From Vezdaea acicularis (taxonomy: Eukaryota), in assembly GCA_026025075.1 (NCBI GenBank), contig JAPEUI010000058.1, forward strand, positions 62,001 through 109,339: 47,339 nucleotides of DNA, in the 5' to 3' direction. Positions 38,151-47,339 of the stretch are shown one piece after another (position 1 is the stretch's first letter; each line of letters begins with the position of its first letter). The position numbers were made by a program, and so were the translations under genes. The notes beneath the pieces were generated by a model that saw nothing but the letters and a program-made list of their open reading frames with translations, had not been told where the DNA came from and ran no database searches.

Positions 38151-40350
38151 ATGACATCGAGTATTGGCTCAGGCGGTCAAGAATCAAAAAGGCATAATGT
38201 TCGAGGGCGACCATGTGATCTTTGTAGGGTTCGGAAGGTTAAATGTGTAATAGAGGAGGGCGCAGAGATATGCGCTCGATGCATGTCTCAAACGCTCGAT
38301 TGCACCTTTGCGCAGAGTGCACCTACAAGAAAGAGGTCTGTTGGACGTCTCGACGAGCCCGTTCGGCCGCAGAAGAGACGGTACACCGACAACTTGTATG
38401 CTTCCATAAGACCGTTTCCGCTGACTTCTGTATGTAGATCGTCCTCGTGGCGCATGTACTCTGAGAATGGGACCTATCGCGAAAACCTCCTCTCCTCACA
38501 AACATCACCAACTGACGACCCCTTTAATGGACGTGACCCCAACGTTCCGCCACACTCGCTCCTTAATAAGACGCTGGGCTTAGAGAAGACTCGTCATGCT
38601 CGGTATATCGGCTCTACATCGGCTTTCGAGCAGCGGCTCTTCTCATTATGCCAAGGTCGGAGCGCGCAACAGCGAGGAGCTCTCCGGGCTGTCACTCATG
38701 ACGAGACCTTTCAGATGATACTAGATTCTAGTACGCAACATTATGAGGAAGAAGTTCGGGACCTTGACGCTATCGAGGCAAGCGTTTTTCCGCATGGTCG
38801 AGCTTTAATAAATCTCTACTTTCGGATTATCCATCCAAGTTTCCCAATTTTACACAAGAAGGTCTATCTTGAGAAATATGGACGTACACATCGAGAATTC
38901 TCCCCGCCGCTCTTAGCTGCTGTCTACATATTAGCCCTGCGCTGGTGGGACTATAGTCGAGATCTTGTAAAGCACTCTAAACCTGATGTCGACAAGCTCG
39001 AAGCGCTCGCGGAGAAATCTTTGCACGATGTTATCCATCGTCCTAAGCTCTCGACTGTACAGGCTGGGCTTCTACTCTCACAGCGACATGATGGCGGTAG
39101 CTGGGTGGTCTCAACACAGGTCGTAGCTATGGGCCATGAGCTTGGTCTACATCTTGACTGCTCAGAGTGGAACATACCCTTGTGGGAACGAGGTTTAAGG
39201 AAAAGACTTGCATGGGCGCTGTTCATGCAAGACAAATGGGGTGCTCTTATTCATGCGCGCCCATCTCACATAAGCATTGATGACTGGGCAGTACTTGACG
39301 TTACCAATGAGGATTTCCCTGAGAGCGTTGAGGATGAGGACGACGAAGAAGGTAGTTCTGAGGTTGAGAAAGGAAGAGTGCTCTTCAGTCAGATGATTGC
39401 GTTGACTGAAATTCTTAGTGAAATACTCGGCACGTTTTATACTATAAGGGCACGGAAAGAGATGAATATTGGTGGCAACGAAGAATTGGGAATGATTCTT
39501 GAAAGAGCCAAGCCCGTGCAAATGAAACTAAAAAAGTGGTATATGAGCCTACCGGACGTATTGAAAATCGATAACACGACTGTCCGAAAACTATCTTCAG
39601 TTGGTGAGAGCGCAAGCCCCTTTTGCGGTCTTCTGAATATTGCTTGCTGATTTGTAAGGATATCTTCATCTTGCGTATTTTGCTTCCGAAATCACCCTTC
39701 ATCGTGTCATACTGCGTGCTCTATCAGGTTCCACACCTCCTCCTATACTGGATATTTGTCGATCTGCAGCTGAGACCCGTTTCATGTCTGCTACCAATCT
39801 TATCACGCATCTACGTCCTGAGCACCTGCAATCCTTTTGGTACTTCGCGTCTTCTCTAAACCTTGCCATCGTTGGCGCTTTTGGTGCCCTACTTTGGGCC
39901 ACCTCAAGAAGTGAGGAAGAAAGGAACGTGTATAAAACAAGACTACAAGAGTATCGATGGTGCTTACGGGTCTCGAGCAAGGGAGCAGAGTTCATGGAAA
40001 TTGCTGTGGAGGCTATCAATGACTCGATGGAAGCGCTTGAGTGCGCCGAGAGAGGAATCACTCAGGCGGATCATCTGAATCTTGACCGGGCCTTTGAGCA
40101 CGCTGAGTGGGATGACAACGTGGTAGACTCCCTCGCAGCGATACATGTCGACACGGATCCGAGCGAGGCATTGAGCCCGGATGACGGGAACATAAGAAAA
40201 GAGGACGCAGCAGATGAAACAACGAGTCCCGATGCTTGGTCAACACCAGCAAGTATTGGCCATGCTCTGTACGAAGAGACACTCGAAGGTGGATTCCAGG
40301 ATAGAACAACGCCGGAAGGGCTGTTCGCATTGCTAATGCAGGCAGAATAG
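38151..40350 (+). CDS. Zn2Cys6 transcription factor, Dal81/TamA-like
   Basis: RPCDLCRVRKVKC...CARC......CTF cluster; LYFRIIHPSFPILHK, RPKLSTVQAGLLL and IPLWERGLRKRLAWALFMQDKW resemble Dal81-family middle regions as recalled. Confidence 0.88.
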
Positions 40351-40397
40351 TTCTGGAGTGGAAGATGGAAAGACTATTGGATAGTGTCATCTAATAT

Positions 40398-41432
40398 CTA
40401 TTCATTGGCTATCTTTCCTACCCAATGTGCCACAACCTTTGCAACGACGTCGCTATGAGAGATGCAGAAGCCATGGCTGACTCTTTGCTCATCAATCACC
40501 ATCTTTGGCCATTCCTGCTCCTCTGCCCTTCGTGATTTAATAAGATCGTCTCTCATGTTATTGTCTACCCAATGATCATTTTCGCCAAAATAGAATAGCA
40601 GCTTCGTGTCTCTACAGGCCCATAGCCCCCTATCCCACTTATCCTCCGTGATGGTTTTCATTTCATCCTTTGCCATCCAGAGGGCTTGTTTAACACCCCC
40701 CAAGCTTCTTAAGAAAGTAACGGTCGTTCTTGCCGTAGCAGGCGGCATCCATGTCAATGCTCTCACAAACCTCCAAAGAAGAAAAAATGGTAGCAAAGAG
40801 CTAAACCCTCGAGCTAATGCGCCGACTATAGATGCGAATCCAGTGAAGCTGAAAAGCCAGCTAAACATCCTCCCATTGGGACTCTTTGCTATCCACGTCA
40901 CAGTAGGGAACAACAAGATGCCGCCAATTATGTCCGGTCCTGCTGTCTCATTTGGGATTCGCGCTCGTCGCCGGCGGAGAAGCTCAAGGAGGATGTAAGC
41001 GCCTACCGAGTGGCCGACTAGAATCACATTCTTCGGAGGGAGATTTTGCCATTCTGAGAGATCATCAGGCATGCGTAAGAAAGACTCGAGCCTCAACTCG
41101 CAGAGCTCAATCTGCTCTTCCAGCGAGAATGGCCGCTTTGCCTCAAGTACATGGGTGAAGTTTGAAGATTCCGTTTCAAACCCCGCAAGACTGGTCGCTA
41201 AGATGGAGAATCCGTATCGGGGAAAGGTATTATTTTGTCTCGAGAACTCTATTGAATCCTTCCTGAGTAGCTCAGTGAGACTTTTGAGAAATTTGTCATA
41301 ATATGCCACCACACCCGGATTACCCGTGATAAAGTATACAAGCGTAGGCGCGGTACCTAGTGAATACGGAGGGTAATAGATACTCGTGTCAGTTACATGG
41401 GGAAACGCTTTATCGAAGCTGGGAAGCACCAT
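40398..41432 (-). CDS. Lipid-droplet-associated serine hydrolase (LDAH/Ypr147c-like)
   Basis: YFITGNPGVVAYY, GHSVG nucleophile elbow, LLFPTV.WIAKSPNG, FGENDHWV and HGFCI. An alternative start at 41483 is possible. Confidence 0.88.
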   Translation of the reverse strand: MVLPSFDKAFPHVTDTSIYYPPYSLGTAPTLVYFITGNPGVVAYYDKFLKSLTELLRKDSIEFSRQNNTFPRYGFSILATSLAGFETESSNFTHVLEAKRPFSLEEQIELCELRLESFLRMPDDLSEWQNLPPKNVILVGHSVGAYILLELLRRRRARIPNETAGPDIIGGILLFPTVTWIAKSPNGRMFSWLFSFTGFASIVGALARGFSSLLPFFLLWRFVRALTWMPPATARTTVTFLRSLGGVKQALWMAKDEMKTITEDKWDRGLWACRDTKLLFYFGENDHWVDNNMRDDLIKSRRAEEQEWPKMVIDEQRVSHGFCISHSDVVAKVVAHWVGKIANE

Positions 41433-41807
41433 TGTATGACTAGCCGCATGTGTAGTATCTGATGTTGAGTGTGGATTGTACATCAGATGGTCTTATTGAT
41501 TGACGAATGGTCAGATTTGCCCTTTAAGTTGCCCGTTTCCTGTAAGAACTGTAAGACAGGTACTGACAAGTCAGTGCATTGAGCATTCAAAAAGCATATC
41601 TATGCCATTTTGCTTTTATCTTTAAGAAAATAGCATAATTCCATTTGACCTCAAACTCTAAGCAAAGCCAGTTTATATGAGGTTTAGTTGTAGCGTACTC
41701 AAGCTCAAGGTCAAGCTCAAGCCTGAGCCTAGAAAACCACTTGATACGTAGCCTCCAACATCCAACTCCAACCCTCTCCCACGTAGCCCGAAACATAGCT
41801 CATAACC

Positions 41808-42362
41808 CTAGTATCCATCACCAGCATTGGCTTGGTACTCCTTGCCCGTACTTGGTGTTTTCACCTTAACCTGCACCGCTCCCTTCCCTACATACCCCCG
41901 CGAGTACAAGAAATCGTACGTATACATGACTGTAAGGTAGCTTCCAACCGCCCATACCCAGACGCAAGTCGCAATGCTGACGGTTACAAATAGCGTTGGG
42001 ACGAGAACCAAAAGTGCGAGACCAATCCAGAATGCGCTGAAAGCTAGAGCAGCAAGAGCTGATAGAATGACTGTACCAAGGAAGAAAGATGTGAAAAGGA
42101 GCAGTGGCAGGAAGGACAGCGCCAGCTGGAGGAACAAGAAGGTCTATTTAGGGTGTTAGACTTAGCGTACGGAATCAAATAGGATAAGGGAAGGGAATGG
42201 AGATGAAAGGGGACCGACAGAAAGGTAAGGCTGCGTCTGTGTAAAGCTTGAGACATTATCGTAGATCTGTGCACGAGTGTCTGGAGGGGCGACTTGGTCG
42301 ACGAGAGCCCCGCCGTACGAAAGAAGTGAGGAGGCGCGCTGCTTAGCCGCTTGGACTACCAT
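41808..42362 (-). CDS. Promethin/LDAF1-family lipid-droplet membrane protein
   Basis: VAPPDTRAQIYDNVSSFTQTQPYLS|TFLFLQLALSFLPLLLF...AFWIGLALLVLVPTLFVT, a long hydrophobic hairpin; one intron. Confidence 0.78.
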
Positions 42363-43075
42363 CGTCAAGATTACGCTGAGGATAAGTCTGTGGTTATTGA
42401 ACTGAGGACCAAATCTGTTTTCCGGCGCTGTTGATTATATGCTGGCTGGGGCTGAATGAGACTCGAAAGCCTGGATTCGAAGGGCAGTGTCGTCACACGC
42501 TTGGAACGCGCCTACGTTAATGACGCCAGCGTTCGCGTTATTTGGGGGAAATCATAATGCGTTCAAATAGGGGGTTATTTCTTGGAAAGCTTTAGCAACA
42601 AGCTATCACGCAGAAACCTCTACAAAGTCCCTGGGGCAATATGGCGATTAATTGCTCTAATAGGGTTACCGCTCTATGCGATGAATCCGCTCAAACCGTG
42701 ACCTACCTGCGCAATAGTCGGCTTCACGTAGCTATCTATGTATCCCACCAAACAATCTTGGTGGTGAGGTACCTCGCTAAGCCCGCTGTGTGCGGGCTTT
42801 TGTGTCACCCACGTGGGGGTACCAGCATGTAAGAACGACGATTTAATCTTGCAAAGTCCAATATACTTAGAGCATAATTTAAGTAGTCTTGAAGATATAC
42901 TTGACGCCTCGGTCTTCGACCATGATGATATACCTTTGCAACTCCATCGCTCCATCGCTCTGACCTGACTCAAGGCAAAGAAAGCAAATCTCTCCGTCTT
43001 CGCCCGCGTGAATGCAGCCAAGAAAAGTCAAGTGACGATATGATAAGAACAAGAACTGCTCCTGACACCTCTTCT

Positions 43076-43873
43076 TTATGACTCCCCGAATAGCCTTGCA
43101 GTAATATCACCTATATAAGCTTCTTCAAGCTCGTAATCCTCCCCACCATTACGATCAATGCCGACAAACTTAAACGCAGAGACGACTCGGTCAATATCGA
43201 AGCCCATGTTGACAAACCGATCAATAAGGTCCTTGTTGTAGCCTTCATAGGCTGCCAACCGTTCGCGCTCTTCAACCTCACGAGATCGCTGCTCTCGCTG
43301 TCGAATACTTTCTGCCGTGGCACCTCCGCTGCTTTCGCCGCGCTCCTTCTTGGGGGCACCCGCGTACTTTACAGCCCATTCACGAGCTACACGCTCGAAC
43401 TCTTTCGGGTTCCGAGTTAACATGCTAGCCACTTCAGCGTCTTGAGGGTCTTTGGGTTCCGGTGTGCTGAGTAGAGACTGCAGAGATAGTAGGGCAGACT
43501 TAATGGTGAGAACAGGAGACCAAGCAGATGATAGAGTATCTAGGCAGATCGCTCCCTATGAGAGATGTCAGTGATGGAGATATCGGTGAGGTTAGGGAAG
43601 GCGGTTACGTACAGTCTGGCTGCTGACATTGGGATGCCAAACCTTTGTCTCAAACTTCATGATTGGTGGTCGGAAGGGGTACTCATTCGGAATCCGGACA
43701 TCAACCATGTATGTACCTCCCTCATAAGGTGTACCCGGAGGGCCTTCAAATGATCCCTTCAGATGCGTCAAATCATCCCCAGTCCCCGCAGCATTGGCTT
43801 GAATGTGGGACTGCGTATCGGAGTGAATGTCCGCAATCTCCTTAGCAACACGGCGACTGCGATTGGTAGCCAT
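43076..43873 (-). CDS. UBC1: E2 ubiquitin-conjugating enzyme with C-terminal UBA-like domain
   Basis: GPPGTPYEGG, WHPNVSSQT|GAICLD, PEPKDPQDAEVA and IDRFVNMGF tail. Confidence 0.95.
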
Positions 43874-44676
43874 GATACAGTTTTCAGGAATCGTCAGCTC
43901 AGTAAGTATAGCAAAAGGTTAGAGAATTCGCAGAAGGGCAAGTGGCGAGGATCTGAGGGTAGGAGTGAGTCCTTAAATTTTGACGCGAGCCTCGTGAGGT
44001 GGGAGGGTGCGAGAGGTGTGAGTAAGTAAGGCTATGATCGTTCGGTTAGAAGAAGGCGGATTAAGGCAACAGCGGATGCAAAGATGAGATAGATGAACGT
44101 TGCCGATTTAGTCTAGGAATACGCTCATCCGTGATGGAGAGATAGAGAAGGAATAAAGAGATCTTAAGCACAGAAAGCCAGCAAGGGTATCGTGGAGACA
44201 ACAGAGTGACTCGGTGGGCCTTGTCGGTTCCGATGGTCGGATGGGCGCGCCTTAGGCCAACCAGGAAGGCGACGAATGCACTATATATGTGCAGGCAAAT
44301 CTGTCACTTCGGCGTTTCTGCAAAGTCTCTGTCGTCCTCTCGATGTCTTGATGCCACCAACGCTCGGCAGTTTTCACTTCAGTGAGGAGACGTAGGCATA
44401 TGCAACGCTGTTCTGGACCGCCATCCGACTCGATCGACGTGGTGGAAGCTCACCGAAAGGTGGAAGTACGACGTCACGTGCTTCTTCGCTAAATTCGCGT
44501 CCAGGAGGAAGCCTTAGAAGTCACTGCACGAAACGTTACCTTCGCATCAGACACTCTTAAGTTTTTGGCCCCAAACATCATCTCTGCGACTTGCGTCGCA
44601 TCTCTTACGCGCTCTGAGGTCATTGGGAAAGTTCGTAGCTGGAAATTAACGATCTTCGCGAACCGTCATATTCAAA

Positions 44677-46199
44677 ATGGTGAGCATACCTTGAGAGCCA
44701 TATGTGTAAGCTTCGTCTGAGTGGCCGCTGAGAGGATATGTATCGCTATAGGGTCAACAGCAGTCGAACCTTGGCGGAAACCAACAAGGAGGTGAAAAGG
44801 ATGGAGATAAGGATAAGAAGAAAGAGAAGCCTAAATATGAGCCACCCCCACGGCCTACAACTCGAATAGGTCGGAAGAAGCGTCGTGCAGCAGGCCCGAA
44901 TGCCTCCGCGAAGCTCCCTACTATATATCCAAGCTCAAGGTGTAAGCTCAAGTACCTTCGAATGCAACGTGTGCATGATCATCTTCTTCTCGAAGAAGAA
45001 TACGTGGAAAATCAAGAGCGAATAAGAAAAGCTAAAGCTGCAACCACTACAACTCCTGCCTCAGCTGGTGGGGAGTCTGATGCCATGGATCGAAATGCAG
45101 ACGAGAGGAGTCGAGTAGATGACATGAGAGGTAGCCCGATGGGAGTTGGGAATCTGGAAGAGATGATTGACGATGACCACGCAATCGTCTCCAGTGCGAC
45201 TGGACCTGAATACTACGTCTCAATCATGTCCTTTGTCGACAAAGACCTTCTCGAACCTGGCGCAAGTGTCTTATTACACCACAAGTCCATATCAATTGTC
45301 GGGATTTTGACAGACGATGCAGACCCCCTTGTATCCGTGATGAAGCTCGATAAAGCCCCGACAGAGTCATATGCAGATATTGGAGGGTTGGAACAGCAAA
45401 TTCAAGAAGTTCGCGAGGCAGTTGAGCTTCCGCTTCTTCACCCAGAACTATATGAGGAAATGGGCATCAAACCGCCGAAGGGTGTGATCCTGTACGGAGC
45501 TCCCGGCACAGGGAAAACTTTACTTGCGAAGGCGGTAGCAAACCAAACAAGTGCAACATTCTTGAGGATCGTTGGAAGTGAGTTGATTCAGAAATACCTA
45601 GGCGATGGTCCTAGGTTATGTCGCCAAATATTTCAGGTCGCTGCGGAGCACGCCCCGTCAATTGTCTTCATCGATGAGATTGACGCTATCGGCACCAAAA
45701 GATACGAATCCACATCTGGAGGTGAGCGTGAAGTTCAACGTACGATGTTAGAACTACTTAATCAGCTTGACGGATTTGATGACCGTGGTGATGTCAAAGT
45801 CATCATGGCCACCAACAAGATTGAAACACTCGATCCGGCCCTCATCCGGCCTGGCCGGATCGATCGAAAAATTCTGTTTGAAAACCCTGATCGTGAGTAA
45901 TGATCTGGAGAAAACATGGCGTATATCTTTATACTGACTCCTTTATAGAAAACACCAAGCGGAAGATTTTCACCCTGCACACATCTAAAATGTCTCTCAA
46001 CGACGATGTGGATCTTGACGAGTTTATAACCCAGAAAGATGATCTTTCCGGTGCGGATATCAAAGCCATTTGCTCCGAGGCCGGCTTGATGGCTCTCAGG
46101 GAACGGAGAATGAGAGTGGAAATGGCCGACTTCCGGTCGGCTAGAGAGAGAGTCTTGAAGACGAAGACTGAGGGTGAACCAGAGGGCCTGTATCTGTAA
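44677..46199 (+). CDS. RPT2: 26S proteasome AAA-ATPase subunit 4
   Basis: An ATG-only first exon is followed by GQQQS...[17 protein letters not shown]; Walker [16 protein letters not shown]-terminal EGLYL. Confidence 0.97.
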
Positions 46200-47339
46200 G
46201 ATAATTAGAACTGTATTGCATTTTTGCATTTTTGCATGCTAGCAGCTAGTATGTAGCCTCCAAGGAGCAATAATGGAAAGATAATAGCCCGTAGCCAGCT
46301 CATCACGCAATTGTCGAACGTCATTGCAGCGTATCTTAGCTTTCGGTACTTTCATTGCCTAAAACCATCAACATACATTGGTCTACAGCCTGACTAGATA
46401 GGGAAACATGAACGCTCCTATCCCCCCATGTTCACTACGATTCTCCAGCATCGAGATTCATTCAAGAGCATTTGTGAAGCTACGGCCACCTTCGTGAAGG
46501 TCTACCTACCTTGCTTCGTGTCGACTTTCAAGTGTCAATCTTCTTGAACCCATGACTGTTGTAGTTGCTTCTAGACAAGATCCTAAGCAGTAAAAGGCGC
46601 ACATTCACAGCTTACGCATGTACGACTTCTCCTGAGGACGGCTTTCTACGGGGAGAATAAGAAGTGGACCACATGATTTGAAAGTTGCTACATAGTCTAG
46701 TCAAAGCGTGAGCCCTTGACTCCTCACATCTTGTCTATCAACATGTCGCATGTATCGAAAATCTACACTGTCCAAGTAGCGCCATGGAAGATTGAAACAG
46801 ACCCACACCGAATGATCCATTGATAGGGTGACGCGAGAGTGACAAGCGAAACCATAGTACAGACGTTCAGCGATGAGAGTTGCTCACGAAGGCGATGGAT
46901 AGCAAGCGTGACATTCGGGGGACGAGAGCAATTTGCGAAGGCGCCCGAGAAGCCCCTCAAAATTCAAAAATTTTTAGACGGTTATCCTATTCAGCGGACG
47001 GCGACCTAAAACCTACCCAACCCCGGTTTATTTCCGTTATCCCGTTCCTGATTCTAGTTCCCTCAAGACAGGGGTAGGCCGGCTTGCTACGAACGGCACT
47101 GATCCGCAAGCAACAGGAGCGAGGACTGATCGCCATTGAAGGGTTTGAGCCCAGGGCTTGGTATCATCATAGTCATTGATTTTGCTCCACAGAGGCGCTG
47201 CCGGAGGCCCCCTAGATCTTGCTAATTTGAGATGGACCCATAATTCGAAAGCTTCCCCGCATTTTTCGTCCTTTGAATGTCTTGCTCCGAACGGCCAACA
47301 GTCTTTGCCATACTGATCTAGTGTCTCGGCCCGTTCCTG

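Noticed and set aside
41697..41730. TCAAGC hexamer run
   Set aside because: A short degenerate microsatellite in a 3' region with no sign of function.

Overview
Gene-dense, intron-containing DNA from a filamentous ascomycete (Pezizomycotina-type genes and splice signals). Most of the window is housekeeping: NHX1, NTA1, CBF1, a MAE1-type transporter, the LTV1/LSG1 head-to-head pair, a peroxisomal acyl-CoA dehydrogenase, SPO12, ureF, tRNA-Gly(CCC), GET4, RAI1, two lipid-droplet genes and the UBC1/RPT2 head-to-head pair. The most striking part is a compact nitrogen-scavenging locus at about 31.9-40.4 kb. It encodes a fusion of a triuret/biuret-hydrolase-like isochorismatase domain with an allophanate-hydrolase amidase, a divergently transcribed NCS1 permease, and a Dal81/TamA-like Zn2Cys6 regulator. 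The shared promoter carries a perfect 12-bp inverted motif plus GATA sites, and the motif core recurs upstream of the regulator. A small island of secreted proteins (KP4/Ecp2-like and But2-like) with a tandem repeat lies at 13.5-15.5 kb. All calls are by eye from motifs and recalled family sequences; no searches were run.
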